Virus record (IMG/VR): IMGVR_UViG_3300031949_000012
Location: 31,290-95,289 of that record
From: a virus
Reading direction: 5' to 3' (one strand)
DNA length: 64,000 nucleotides
Below are positions 29,313 to 39,453 of the stretch, in pieces. Each line of letters opens with the position of its first letter. Within the stretch, counting starts at the first letter, position 1. The notes under the pieces are model-generated. The model saw nothing but the letters and a program-made list of their open reading frames with translations. It was not told the DNA's origin and made no database searches. Made by a program: the position numbers and the translations under genes.

Positions 29313-29918
29313 ATGGCAACAATTACTTTTGAAGGTTATATGGGCACTACGCCCGATTGGGCCGATTTGGCCGCTAACACGCTGGTCCTTAGTGGCTCGC
29401 TGACCGACCCGACAGCAGCGATTAACACCGCTGCCTGGCAAGACGGCACCCACGCAGGTAGTGGAGACCCAGGGACGGATCAGTGTGGTACGAACCACAT
29501 GCGTAACGTTAAGTACCTGACCGGCTCTACGATGTCGGTCAATGGTGGTGGTTCGGAGGCTATTAACGACACCAATCTGCTTACAACCGAATGTACACTG
29601 CGGGTTCATTTCAACCATACCAGTGCAGTGGCGGTCACTAATGCCCGCTTTTACTGCTACGACCAATCTGTGGGCGTCACTACAGAGTCGCCAGAGGTGG
29701 ACTGTTTCGCCTTTGAACGTGGCGTTGCAGCCACCGCCTGGACCGAGATCAACAACGATAGTGGAAGTATCGGCGGCGACAACTCCGGCGAGCGGCTGGC
29801 GCTGGCGAACAGCGCTTCGGCCACCGACCATTACTGGTATCTGGCCCTGTCTATCTCGCCAGAAACGGTGGGTGGTAAACCGAATTTGGCCTTTGGCGTC
29901 AACTTAACCTATAGTTAA
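29313..29918 (+). CDS. Putative virion structural protein
   Basis: Strong RBS AAGGAGAATAG identical to capsid RBS; Thr/Gly-rich. Confidence 0.6.
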   Translation: MATITFEGYMGTTPDWADLAANTLVLSGSLTDPTAAINTAAWQDGTHAGSGDPGTDQCGTNHMRNVKYLTGSTMSVNGGGSEAINDTNLLTTECTLRVHFNHTSAVAVTNARFYCYDQSVGVTTESPEVDCFAFERGVAATAWTEINNDSGSIGGDNSGERLALANSASATDHYWYLALSISPETVGGKPNLAFGVNLTYS

Positions 29919-29945
29919 TTAGCGCAAACGAAAGGACCTAGCGTT

Positions 29946-30347
29946 ATGGCTACTGGTCAAGAGGGCCCGGTGCATAGGGGGTGGATTGCCTCACTTAGTA
30001 CCGGCGAAACAGTTCTGGAAACGCCTGATGTGCCGGGCGAGAAATCGGCCTGGCAAAAACTATGCGCCTGGTGTTACGAAAATAAGGTTCATCTAACCCA
30101 ACTGAGATTACAGTTGGGAACGGTGAACCTTATTGGCCTGTCCCAAAAACAAGCTCAGGGCTATTGCCAGCTCTGGTCTGTACAAAGAAACCTGATAACC
30201 GGTCAACAGTTGTTATCCAGAGGACTGGGTTCGGTGGTGGGCGACCAGGTTTACATTATTTGGGTGGCTCAAGATGGCCAAACCTCACTTGAGATTGTGC
30301 CCCTTCCTGATATGCGTATGCACTGCATACTGAGAGGGGGCGAGTAA
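29946..30347 (+). CDS. Hypothetical protein
   Basis: RBS, operon continuity. Confidence 0.6.
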   Translation: MATGQEGPVHRGWIASLSTGETVLETPDVPGEKSAWQKLCAWCYENKVHLTQLRLQLGTVNLIGLSQKQAQGYCQLWSVQRNLITGQQLLSRGLGSVVGDQVYIIWVAQDGQTSLEIVPLPDMRMHCILRGGE

Positions 30348-30952
30348 TGGCTGTTCGCTTCTACCTTATGCCCACTATTGACGATGGCTTTGGCCGGTTA
30401 AGCCCAAAGTACATTAGCACCCTCTATAATCCAGCCGGCGGCGATGTATTGAAAGTTCGGGCCGGTCTAATGCGCTATGGTTTCAACGAGGAAGTCTATC
30501 TGGCTGCTGCTGATGTAACTACACCGCAGCACAACGCTCTTGTCGCGCACGCTGATGTGACAACCGTTCCGGCGAACATTGATGGCAACATCAGCGCCGG
30601 CGCACTTCAAGCGGTCAAAGATGCGCTTGAAGTATTACGTATACCTGGGAACTGGGTAACAACCGGCCATACTTACCGCCAGGTACTTAGAACCGTGGCC
30701 GGACTGTTTCAATTCTCCAAGCGCCATTTTGCTCTACATAACAAAATCCTCATTCCCACAGCCAATAATATGGATCATGTTTGGTCTGATTTGCCACTCG
30801 CGGTGCGCCAAGAATTGCAGGCCACAGCCGATGCGTTGGGTTATGATTACTCCGGCGTGACCGGTAGCACCCCCTTGCGAACCATTCTTAAAAGTCTTGC
30901 CGACCAATGGGGAAGCCAGCCATTTGATATGGGAGGAGTGACAACCCTCTAA
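30347..30952 (+). CDS. Hypothetical (tail-associated) protein
   Basis: TAATG-coupled on both sides. Confidence 0.6.
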   Translation: MAVRFYLMPTIDDGFGRLSPKYISTLYNPAGGDVLKVRAGLMRYGFNEEVYLAAADVTTPQHNALVAHADVTTVPANIDGNISAGALQAVKDALEVLRIPGNWVTTGHTYRQVLRTVAGLFQFSKRHFALHNKILIPTANNMDHVWSDLPLAVRQELQATADALGYDYSGVTGSTPLRTILKSLADQWGSQPFDMGGVTTL

Positions 30953-33900
30953 TGGCCTTACCTGCGAGTGAGAGTTTTGCCAATACCAATGGCGTCCAAT
31001 TAGAGACGCACAGCGCCAACTGGACGCGGCATAATGCCAGTTCTTTGATTGGCGATTTTGACATCCAGACAAATTCCCTGGCGCCTGATACAGTCAACAC
31101 AACCGGCGCAGCTTGGTGGAACGCCGATTCCTTTGGTGCTAACCACTATGCCGAAGCAACAATTGTTGCTATTGCCAGCGGCATCTACATTGGCTTGTCA
31201 GTGCGAAATGCAGCCGGGACAAATAGTTATGTCTACAGTGTAGATAGCGCCGACGGCGGGTATTTCGACGAGTGGGTAAATGGCACTTACAGTGCCCTGG
31301 CTTCCGGTGGCTCGGTTGTAGCCGTTGGTAATGTTATTCGGATGGAAGCTGAAGGAACAACCATCCGGCTAAAAATCAATGGTACACAGAATATGTCGGT
31401 CACTGACACAAGTCTGGCGACCGGCGCGCCGGGGGTTGGGGGCTATCATGATGGGACTACCAGTCGTATTGACGATTGGATAGGCGACAATATGGGTACG
31501 GCTGTCATCGACAGCCAGCCGGCGTACCTTAAAGGGCAAGCAGAGATCACCGATACGCAGCCAGGGTACGCCCAGGGTCAAGCTGCTACCACTGATAGCC
31601 AATCTGGATATTTGGTCGGCCAGGCGGTAGCAACGGATGCTCAACCTGGATATTTGGTCGGCCAGGCGACTATCACCGGTAGCCAACAAGCCTATCTCAA
31701 TGGCTCAAGCGGCGATACACCGGCTTCAGCCAGCCTACCGGGTTACCTGGTGGGACAGGCGGAGATTACCGATAGCCAACCGGGGTATACCCAAGGTCAG
31801 GCCGAGGCGACCGGGAGCCAATCGGGATACTTGCTGGGTGGCATCCCATCCACCGGAAACTTCCCGGCTTATATGGTGGGACAGGCAACAGCGACCGATA
31901 GCCAACCGGGGTACTTGACCGGCCAGGTTATAATTCTCGATAGCCAACCTGGGTATTTGGTAGGACAAACTGTTCTCACCGCCTCGCAGCCGGCATATAC
32001 CAGAGGTGGATTAGCGACCACACCAAAACTCTTGAGCGTCAACCCGGCTAACGGTCGCTATTTCATTGATAGCGATGGCGCCACTATCTTGATGGCCGGC
32101 TCTCATTTCTGGAATAACCATCAAGACAACTCACCCGGTACATTCCCGCCAGACGTTTTTGACTACACCGCCTGGTTACAGTTTCTCTATGACTACAGCC
32201 ATAACTTCCAGCGCTATTGGGTCTGGGAGCAGGCGCGCTGGTCGGTTTTTAATACCGAAACCGACTGGTGGTTTTATCCCGAAGGGCCTTTTGCGCGTAC
32301 TGGACCCGGTAATGCCCTGGATGGACATTTGAAATTTGACCTGGATACCTGGGACCAGGACTGGTTTGACCGCATGCGGGTCAGGGTCATCCAGGCGGCC
32401 GATTATGGCGTCTACTGCGCCGTAATGATGTTTGAGGGGTGGTCGCCCTATTTTCCCAAGGGTGGCATCAGCGCCCAGAACTCTTGGGAAGGTTGTCCGT
32501 TTCATCCAAGTAACAACATCAACTCCATTGATGGCGATACGGATAACGATAATAGCGGCGAGGAGACGCATACTCTTTCCATCTCAGCCGTTACCGCCTA
32601 TCAGGAAGCCTACGTTGAAAAGGTCATTGATACACTCAATGACTTGAACAACGTGCTCTGGGAAATCTCCAATGAGAGTGATGGCAATGCCGCTACCACT
32701 GCCTGGCAAGAGCACTTCATTGATTACATCCACACCTACGAGGCAGGTAAAGCCAAACAGCACCCGGTTGGTTTTACCGTGGGCTGGCCCAGTGGAGATA
32801 ACGCCGATCTGGATGGTTCAAACGCCGAGTGGGTTTCCTATAATGGAAATCTGGCTAACCCTCCGGCCAAGACAGATAACGCCAAAGTTTCGATTTGGGA
32901 TACCGACCATCTCTGTGGGATGTGCGGTGACAGAGAATTTATTTGGATGGGCTTTACTAGAGGACATAACCCCATCTGGATGGATGGTTATGATGGTTCG
33001 GGTCAGGATGGTACCACCTGGTCCTTGACCGACCCAACGCATAACAACACCCGCTCGAACATGGGCTGGTGTTTGGATTATGCCAACACCAAAATTCGTA
33101 ACCTGGCCGCAATGACGCCACAAGACAGTTTAGCCTCTACCGGTTTTTGTCTGGCTAAGACCGGCACAACCGATGCTGAGTTTTTGGTTTACCAGGATGG
33201 CACCGGGGCTTTTACGGTCAATCTGTCCGGCTCAAGTGGCGTCACTTTTACAGTGGAATGGCTTAGACCGTCCAATGGCGCCATAAGTGATGGCGGAACG
33301 CAAGCTGGCGGTTCGGCTGCACAGAGTTTTACGCCGCCCTTCTCCGGCGATGCGGTTCTGTTTCTACAAAGTACAATTGTCACCGGCTCGCAGCCAGCCT
33401 ATCTGTTAGCTCAGGGTGGCGCAACAGACATCCAGCCGGCATACACTAAGGGACAGGCGGCCGCAACCGCTTCACAAGCGGCCTTTGCTTATGGACAAGT
33501 AGAGATTGTAGATAGCCAGCCCGGATACCTGGTCGGGCAAGATGAAGCTACAGGCAGCCAAAGCGCATTTGCCCAGGGGCAGGCGACTGCTACTGGGTCA
33601 CAGTCTGGCTTCGCTCAAGGTCAAGCTGGGGCCACCGGATCACAGCCAGCATTTGCCCAGGGCCAGACCGAGGCGATTGACGCACAGCCGGCCTTCCTGC
33701 AAGGTCAGGATACACTCACCGACTTCCAGGACGCCTTCGCCCAGGGTCAGGCGGTTGCTACCGGTAGCCAATCAGCATACACCAGTGGGCCGGGCACAAC
33801 CATCACCCTGGGATTGTCCGGTTATGCGGTTGGCGCGAGTCCGGCCGCCGGCTCACAATCGGGCTATCTCTTGGGTGGTATTATTTTGACCGCCGGTCAG

Positions 33901-34368
33901 CCAGCATTTGCCCAGGGCCAGGCAGCAGAGACTGGCTTCCAGAACGCTTTCGCTCAAGGACAAGACGAGGCGGTTGATACCCAACCCGGCTATACTAAGG
34001 GGCAGGCAACAACAACAGACTTCCAGGAAAGTTTCGTCCAGGGCCAGGCGGGGGCGGTTGATGTCCAACAAGCCTATCTCAAGGGCCAGGCCGAGGCTTT
34101 AGCAACCCTGGCGGCTTATACCCGTGGTCAGGCTGAGGCTATTTTTGCCAGCTTGCCCGGCTATTTGGTTGGTCAGTATGGGGCTGTAGCTTCTCAAAGC
34201 GCGTTCTTGAGGGGGAACGCTATCATTTTAGATAGCCAACCGGGGTACTTGCTGGGCGGTATTATCCTGGCCGCAACCCTATCCGGCTACCTGGCCGGGC
34301 AAACCAGCCTTGGAGTTTTGGTGGGCGTAGTGTATGGTCCAAATGATACTGGCGTAGTGAGAGGATAA
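30952..34368 (+). CDS. Tail spike/fibre-like protein with ~14-aa repeats and internal glycoside-hydrolase-like domain
   Basis: SQP(G/A)YLxGQ repeats flank a TIM-barrel-like region (NGRYF, WFDRMRVRV, NVLWEISNE). Confidence 0.68.
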   Translation: MALPASESFANTNGVQLETHSANWTRHNASSLIGDFDIQTNSLAPDTVNTTGAAWWNADSFGANHYAEATIVAIASGIYIGLSVRNAAGTNSYVYSVDSADGGYFDEWVNGTYSALASGGSVVAVGNVIRMEAEGTTIRLKINGTQNMSVTDTSLATGAPGVGGYHDGTTSRIDDWIGDNMGTAVIDSQPAYLKGQAEITDTQPGYAQGQAATTDSQSGYLVGQAVATDAQPGYLVGQATITGSQQAYLNGSSGDTPASASLPGYLVGQAEITDSQPGYTQGQAEATGSQSGYLLGGIPSTGNFPAYMVGQATATDSQPGYLTGQVIILDSQPGYLVGQTVLTASQPAYTRGGLATTPKLLSVNPANGRYFIDSDGATILMAGSHFWNNHQDNSPGTFPPDVFDYTAWLQFLYDYSHNFQRYWVWEQARWSVFNTETDWWFYPEGPFARTGPGNALDGHLKFDLDTWDQDWFDRMRVRVIQAADYGVYCAVMMFEGWSPYFPKGGISAQNSWEGCPFHPSNNINSIDGDTDNDNSGEETHTLSISAVTAYQEAYVEKVIDTLNDLNNVLWEISNESDGNAATTAWQEHFIDYIHTYEAGKAKQHPVGFTVGWPSGDNADLDGSNAEWVSYNGNLANPPAKTDNAKVSIWDTDHLCGMCGDREFIWMGFTRGHNPIWMDGYDGSGQDGTTWSLTDPTHNNTRSNMGWCLDYANTKIRNLAAMTPQDSLASTGFCLAKTGTTDAEFLVYQDGTGAFTVNLSGSSGVTFTVEWLRPSNGAISDGGTQAGGSAAQSFTPPFSGDAVLFLQSTIVTGSQPAYLLAQGGATDIQPAYTKGQAAATASQAAFAYGQVEIVDSQPGYLVGQDEATGSQSAFAQGQATATGSQSGFAQGQAGATGSQPAFAQGQTEAIDAQPAFLQGQDTLTDFQDAFAQGQAVATGSQSAYTSGPGTTITLGLSGYAVGASPAAGSQSGYLLGGIILTAGQPAFAQGQAAETGFQNAFAQGQDEAVDTQPGYTKGQATTTDFQESFVQGQAGAVDVQQAYLKGQAEALATLAAYTRGQAEAIFASLPGYLVGQYGAVASQSAFLRGNAIILDSQPGYLLGGIILAATLSGYLAGQTSLGVLVGVVYGPNDTGVVRG

Positions 34369-34370
34369 TT

Positions 34371-34688
34371 ATGGCATTACCAGATATTGTCAAAGGAGAA
34401 GTGGGCCGGGTTATTGCGATTACCTGGCTCAAGAGAGGAACAAATGAGCCCCAGCCCATTACCGGCGCTACCTTGACCGGAACGATCCGAAATGGGCCGG
34501 GGCCTACCTATACTACCCGCGCTGTTGCCGGCGCTTTGGCAGTGAGCGATGGTCCAAACGGGACCTTGAACTGGACCTTACACGCTACCGATAGCGCAGC
34601 GGCCGGGTTTTACGAAGTGCAGATTATTGCTACCATTGGTAGCAATGTCTTAAAGACCTTCTACATGCCGTGGTCTGTTCTTGATTAG
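34371..34688 (+). CDS. Small Ig-like tail protein (BppU N-terminal-like)
   Basis: ITGATLT...GTLNWTL...AGFYEVQI pattern. Confidence 0.5.
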   Translation: MALPDIVKGEVGRVIAITWLKRGTNEPQPITGATLTGTIRNGPGPTYTTRAVAGALAVSDGPNGTLNWTLHATDSAAAGFYEVQIIATIGSNVLKTFYMPWSVLD

Positions 34689-34723
34689 GGCTCACAGCGC
34701 TTTTTGCTGAAGCGCTGTGAGCC
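34689..34723. terminator. Hairpin between the convergent genome arms
   Basis: GGCTCACAGCGCTT-7 nt-AAGCGCTGTGAGCC. Confidence 0.8.
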
Positions 34724-34729
34724 GGTTAC

Positions 34730-35140
34730 TTAAAGGGGCGTCTCTGTTTTCCGATGGAAGTAGACCCAGGTCCCACCCTCGCTCTTTTCAGTAGCCGTTG
34801 AAAACTTATGCCCCTGTCTGCGGGCATAGTTGGCAACGGCGTCGCGAGCTCTTTTCCACTCTTCTTCCCCAAGCAAAACCCGAATTGTTTCGCCAGGCTT
34901 TAATTCATCTACTGCCCGGCGCAGCTGAATCCATCTGCTGTCTCTGAAAGAACGGCCGTCGGGAAAGCCATCCACCTTTTCGATGACCAGGGGTGGCCTT
35001 TGGATAGATGTACGACCGGAAAAGCCCGGCGCCTTTACCTTTAATATCTTGTCTGCATTTTCACGTATCCCGCCGGCGAAATCGGCCATTCCCCAGGCGT
35101 CTTGGGGATTGACAATGTAAACTTCTTTTTCTTCCGTCAT
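34730..35140 (-). CDS. Hypothetical protein
   Basis: RBS AAGGAG, coupled to upstream gene. Confidence 0.6.
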   Translation of the reverse strand: MTEEKEVYIVNPQDAWGMADFAGGIRENADKILKVKAPGFSGRTSIQRPPLVIEKVDGFPDGRSFRDSRWIQLRRAVDELKPGETIRVLLGEEEWKRARDAVANYARRQGHKFSTATEKSEGGTWVYFHRKTETPL

Positions 35141-35847
35141 TATTGCTCCTTACTCAAGTAAATTTGCCGCCGCCGTAGTTCGTCTAATACCAACTGTGGC
35201 GGCAGTCCGTCTTCGATAAAACCGACTTGCGGGTTGACTAGCCCGTTTTCAATCACAAACCTGACCTTTAGTCCGTCGTTCTCTCCTTCCGTCAAATATA
35301 GTTTGACCTCGATCAGCTTCCCTTCTGGATGCACTAATTGTTTCATCAATAGCAAACGCTCCCGCGGAGGAAGCGATACATCAACCTGCCCTATGATGTT
35401 CTGGGTGAAGGCTACCGGGTCCTCTATATCGATGCGCCCCTTGATGCCGATGATTTCGCCGGTGAAGGGGTCGCAATCCACAATCTCATTCTTGAGGGTG
35501 CGGAAATAGGATACCCCATTAGCCTCAATATATTGCTCTGGCGTATCAACCAGCCCATTGGCTATAGCTAACCGGGCTGTAGATTTATAGTCAAAGAGGG
35601 TAGAACGGGCTACCCCTACCCGGTCAGCCAGCTGGTTCAAGTATCTCTCGAAAGAGGTGAAATAGCGGCTGTCATCGTCTCTAGCATAACGCCACAGAGC
35701 GTCTGTCTGAATGGCCAGGAGTGCCAGGGCAATGCTGTTGGCCTCACGCTTGATGACTTCAGCCGCTTCGATGATGATGTGTTCTAAGTTTTGTAACCGC
35801 TGGGAACCGTTTAAGCCGGTATCGCTGCCTGGGCTGAGAGCATCCAT
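35140..35847 (-). CDS. Putative DNA-binding protein (HTH-like)
   Basis: YFTSFERYLNQLADRVGVARSTLFDY helix-turn-helix-like segment. Confidence 0.5.
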   Translation of the reverse strand: MDALSPGSDTGLNGSQRLQNLEHIIIEAAEVIKREANSIALALLAIQTDALWRYARDDDSRYFTSFERYLNQLADRVGVARSTLFDYKSTARLAIANGLVDTPEQYIEANGVSYFRTLKNEIVDCDPFTGEIIGIKGRIDIEDPVAFTQNIIGQVDVSLPPRERLLLMKQLVHPEGKLIEVKLYLTEGENDGLKVRFVIENGLVNPQVGFIEDGLPPQLVLDELRRRQIYLSKEQ

Positions 35848-37256
35848 CTTTCGCGCCTTTCAGTGGCCTTCAGACAATTCGTCTTGGCCTCCTCTTTCAA
35901 TATATTTTTGCTTTCGGGTTCGGAATAGGGTAAGTGCTGCACCCTATAGAAATACAGAAGCATATTGTGTAACTGTAAGCCGCTGAGCGTCTGCCAGGTC
36001 GTCCCATTACCAAAAACTTGATGGGGGGTAACGTCGTAAAGAGCTTGCCCGCTGGACAGCCGTCTATTTTCCAGGCCAATAGTTGTCATGTAGTCCTTGG
36101 CTTGCTCGATGAGCTCGGCTGGCAAGGGCGCATCACCGTCAGGAACTTCCGGGAAACCTTCAGGCAAGAAGGCCGGCTGAAGCCCAATGGACGGGTCAAT
36201 GATAACCCCCTCACGAAGGGGCTGCTCGTATGCACTCTCCGCATCCCGACTGACAATCGGGATGTTAGAGATATTGCCCAATTGGTCCATTACTTGCAGC
36301 AGCATCCCGGCGGCAAAGACCTGGCGCAGCTTCTTGGTTCGGGCTCGTTTTTCAGCCATCCAGGTGGCGCTGGTGGTGCGCGGTACATTTTCGCCTTTGC
36401 GCCAGACGCCCAGGCCCATCGGCGGGTTGGCCCGGTAGCTTTCCTCCCGGCCCATTAGTTTGGCGATTTCAAAATCAGCTGTGTAGAAAAATGGAACATG
36501 TAGGGCAATGATGTTGTCTGGATTGAAGAACCCTTTACCCTCACACTCATAGCACTTGGCGTCCCATTTTTTGGTCTCAGGGTTGTACCTCGTGCCTTTG
36601 CCGGTGCAGTTTGGGCACTGATGAATATATTCAGCGACGATTTGTTCGCTGGTTAGACGAATAATCTCGCTGCCGTTTCCGAAATAGAAACGGTGCTGGC
36701 CAGTATTCCAGGCCAGGCGAGTGGCTATGTTCTCATAGCCGGTGTAACCGACGATGAAAACGTAGTTGGGAGTTTTCTTGGGGCCGAAGTTGGCAATCAT
36801 TATCTGCCGGTCAAACGCGAATAGACCGGTTTGGAACTGAGCCTGGGCCAGAGCTTGAGCGGCAGCCCATTTCGTTTCTTCAGGGAAGTCGGGGGGGAGC
36901 AAGATACCTCCCATAATATTCTCGGCCTCTCGCCTGATAATGCCATCCCTGAATCGCATGTAATCCTCGACACTGATGAGCCCTTTGTTGAGGGTGGTGA
37001 TCATACTCTCTGCCATAATTCCTCCTATTACTTGATTGGTTTGATAGTCTTGATATACCTGGGGGTCTGCCAGCATCTTCCCCCGTTGTAAAAAATGGGT
37101 CTTATTTCCACAGCGGATGCACTCCCGCTTCCAGGCCGGTATCGCCATCCCCCGGTCGTAACACTTCATACAGATGAGGTCACGCTCAGTTTCAAACTGG
37201 ACAGAAATCTCCTGGTAGCCGAAGCGTCTCCGCCGTTGTGCCATTTTGATTTCCAC
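35811..37256 (-). CDS. RecT/Red-beta-like single-strand annealing protein with zinc fingers
   Basis: GLFAFDRQI, VGYTGY, MAEKRARTKKLRQVF motifs; CPNCTGKG/CYECEGKG insertion; second strong start at 37016. Confidence 0.65.
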   Translation of the reverse strand: MEIKMAQRRRRFGYQEISVQFETERDLICMKCYDRGMAIPAWKRECIRCGNKTHFLQRGKMLADPQVYQDYQTNQVIGGIMAESMITTLNKGLISVEDYMRFRDGIIRREAENIMGGILLPPDFPEETKWAAAQALAQAQFQTGLFAFDRQIMIANFGPKKTPNYVFIVGYTGYENIATRLAWNTGQHRFYFGNGSEIIRLTSEQIVAEYIHQCPNCTGKGTRYNPETKKWDAKCYECEGKGFFNPDNIIALHVPFFYTADFEIAKLMGREESYRANPPMGLGVWRKGENVPRTTSATWMAEKRARTKKLRQVFAAGMLLQVMDQLGNISNIPIVSRDAESAYEQPLREGVIIDPSIGLQPAFLPEGFPEVPDGDAPLPAELIEQAKDYMTTIGLENRRLSSGQALYDVTPHQVFGNGTTWQTLSGLQLHNMLLYFYRVQHLPYSEPESKNILKEEAKTNCLKATERRERWMLSAQAAIPA

Positions 37257-37437
37257 GGGCGTACTCCAATAGGATGTTGATAATGTAGGGATTTATGTTT
37301 CCTTTACGGTAATGGGCCTTGGCCAGCCTTAGCCCGATGACGATGGGACAGTATTCCACCCCCCACCAGGTTAGAAGATGGTGGTCTGTCCGCTTGCAGA
37401 TACAAGATTTGGTGGTTCGGGTAATCATTCCTTCCAC
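37192..37437 (-). CDS. Hypothetical protein
   Basis: ORF track; same strand as neighbours. Confidence 0.35.
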   Translation of the reverse strand: MEGMITRTTKSCICKRTDHHLLTWWGVEYCPIVIGLRLAKAHYRKGNINPYIINILLEYARGNQNGTTAETLRLPGDFCPV

Positions 37438-37564
37438 CGCCAGCCGAAGAACAGGCGCATCATGAGTAAATGAAACCAGGCAGGTTTATGATTAACTTCT
37501 ATCATAAACCCTTCAGCCAGGATTAAAAATCCGCCCGACTTACGTGATGTAAACTGCAAAGATT

Positions 37565-38683
37565 TCATAATCTTGTTCTCACAATCTCCTCCCATTCCAT
37601 AGTCCGGCCAAACATGGCCCCACTGATGGGGCAGGTCATAATTCCGATAGGGGGAAAGTGCCCCCGGCGTCCCTTTAGAATTTCAAACCTGGTCCAGAAA
37701 GGACGCAGGTCGCGGTCATAGTCTACGCGTAAATCAGTTTGCGAGGCAAAGTGCAACTTGTTCCCCCCCATGCTGCCGACAACTTTGCCGCCGCTTCTGG
37801 CCGCCCGGATGTTGGTCACGCTCTCTTGGCTTATCGCCCAAAGAGTTGAGCCGGTTAGCTTTACCCATCGTTCCAGGTAGGGGATAACCCGCATTTGCTT
37901 CTCGTAATCACTGCCATCTAAGAAGTAGGCGGTGATGTGGTCAATAACCAGTTGACGTATCCCTTTTTCGGCCAGGGCCAGCCAGCGCTCGAAAGCGTTT
38001 TCGATGATTGAGGTGTCGGTAAACCGCTTTTCTCGTTCTATCTCATCATAGTGCTCTGAAACGCCATAGACAATGATGGGGAAGGTGGCAATGGCAGCGC
38101 CAGCTTTCTCCCAGGCGTCTACTTGACGCTCGGAGAAATTAAAACCGGGTTGGGCGGCATAACAAGCCTCAACGTAATCAGGAAATAGCACACAGTCTTT
38201 CATCATCTTACCATGCTTCGGACTGGTAATCCCCTCTAGCAATAGTTCAGGCGGGTCGTTGGGCAGCGGCCGGTTAAACATCTCATAGAGACAATGTGCC
38301 CCTTGGGGGCCGGTGTAAAATTCATAGACCATAATTTTGGTGGCCAGCATACATCTCATGACCATAAAGTATCGCTCTATGGTCATCCCAGTCTCTAAAC
38401 TGTCCACCGCCATTCGATATTGAGCCGGCAGCATCCCAGATAGAAATTGATTTAAGATGATATTGAGCAGCAGCGTAGTTTTTCTGGCCCCGCCCTCGCC
38501 CTGAATGGCGATAAGCTGGGACATCAAAGGCTTGATGCCTCGCGGAAACGCCTGATCTATATGATAGAAGCCCCAAGGCACGGCCTTGTCCAGGCCGGTT
38601 TCCTTTGGCGGCGTGTACGCCTGTGGCTCGGTCTCCATTGCAATCCGGGCCGTTAATCCAGTTGTAAGGTTGACGGCGCTCAT
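37565..38683 (-). CDS. DnaB/RecA-fold ATPase (probable replicative helicase)
   Basis: Walker A GEGGARKT, Walker B LVIDHI, AISQ, C-terminal KGRRG. Confidence 0.75.
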   Translation of the reverse strand: MSAVNLTTGLTARIAMETEPQAYTPPKETGLDKAVPWGFYHIDQAFPRGIKPLMSQLIAIQGEGGARKTTLLLNIILNQFLSGMLPAQYRMAVDSLETGMTIERYFMVMRCMLATKIMVYEFYTGPQGAHCLYEMFNRPLPNDPPELLLEGITSPKHGKMMKDCVLFPDYVEACYAAQPGFNFSERQVDAWEKAGAAIATFPIIVYGVSEHYDEIEREKRFTDTSIIENAFERWLALAEKGIRQLVIDHITAYFLDGSDYEKQMRVIPYLERWVKLTGSTLWAISQESVTNIRAARSGGKVVGSMGGNKLHFASQTDLRVDYDRDLRPFWTRFEILKGRRGHFPPIGIMTCPISGAMFGRTMEWEEIVRTRL

Positions 38684-39216
38684 TCATTTGACGCTCCGGC
38701 GTAAATGGCGGCAAAGTCGGTGAAGGTCTGTCGGGCGGAAACTGTGGCCATGATAGTCCGCCTCTTTATCCGGTAAAGCTCATTGGCCTTGTAGGTCAGA
38801 GCTGCGCCTTTGCCATTAAGCTGGCGAAGGCTTCCTATGTTCTCAGCCCACCACAGGTCTTTCAAAATAAAATCAAAAAGTTCCAGGGCAAAGTTGCTTG
38901 AGGTTAAGCCCGGCAGCGGTTTTTTTTGCGCCTGTAGAAAGGCTCTGGATCGTACCACGATCCAGTAGGCGCAACGTAACTGCTCACGCTTATCTATCGC
39001 GTCAAACAAAAAAGAGGTCCCGTCACGTTTGGAGATAAACTTTTCCAGAAGTTCAATTAACTTCTGGGCCGCTGCCCTCTCCTCATTTAGTAACGTCAAC
39101 CCCTTCTTTCCGATGTCTGTCTGTGCGCCGGGCAGATATAACTCAACGCCACAAGACGGACAACATCCATGCTTTCTAGCCATGAAAGCAACATTACACT
39201 TGGCACATGTACGCAT
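38680..39216 (-). CDS. Zinc-ribbon protein, possible replication initiator/loader
   Basis: CAKC...CPSC; coupled to helicase; strong RBS. Confidence 0.5.
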   Translation of the reverse strand: MRTCAKCNVAFMARKHGCCPSCGVELYLPGAQTDIGKKGLTLLNEERAAAQKLIELLEKFISKRDGTSFLFDAIDKREQLRCAYWIVVRSRAFLQAQKKPLPGLTSSNFALELFDFILKDLWWAENIGSLRQLNGKGAALTYKANELYRIKRRTIMATVSARQTFTDFAAIYAGASNE

Positions 39217-39249
39217 GTATTCCTCCTATATGTTTTGTTTGGACCAGAC

Positions 39250-39406
39250 AAAAAAGCCGTTTCAGGTTCAATTCTGCTGCCAACCTTCTCCGTCTCACCT
39301 CTACGGGAGAGACCTGCCGGGGTCTTGTTCTGAGAAGAACTGCCGGTTTGCAGCAGAGCCAAAACCAAAACGGCTATGCCCTACTTGTGCGATATAGTCC
39401 CCCGGC
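39250..39406 (-). ncRNA. Long-hairpin RNA/leader upstream of replication genes
   Basis: Stem 39255-39375 with G-U pairs on the minus strand, ends in U6; promoter at 39413-39441. Confidence 0.5.
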
Positions 39407-39412
39407 CCAATC

Positions 39413-39441
39413 ATTATAGCACGAAAATTGATTTTCGGCAA
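39413..39441 (-). promoter_or_regulatory. Sigma70 promoter with palindromic operator in spacer
   Basis: TTGCCG-17-TATAAT; CGAAAATTGATTTTCG at 39422-39437. Confidence 0.75.
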
Positions 39442-39453
39442 GGGGAAAACATT

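Noticed and set aside
25416-34368. Diversity-generating retroelement target/template repeats
   Set aside because: Repeats are protein-level with synonymous divergence, not adenine-specific, and no reverse transcriptase is present in the window
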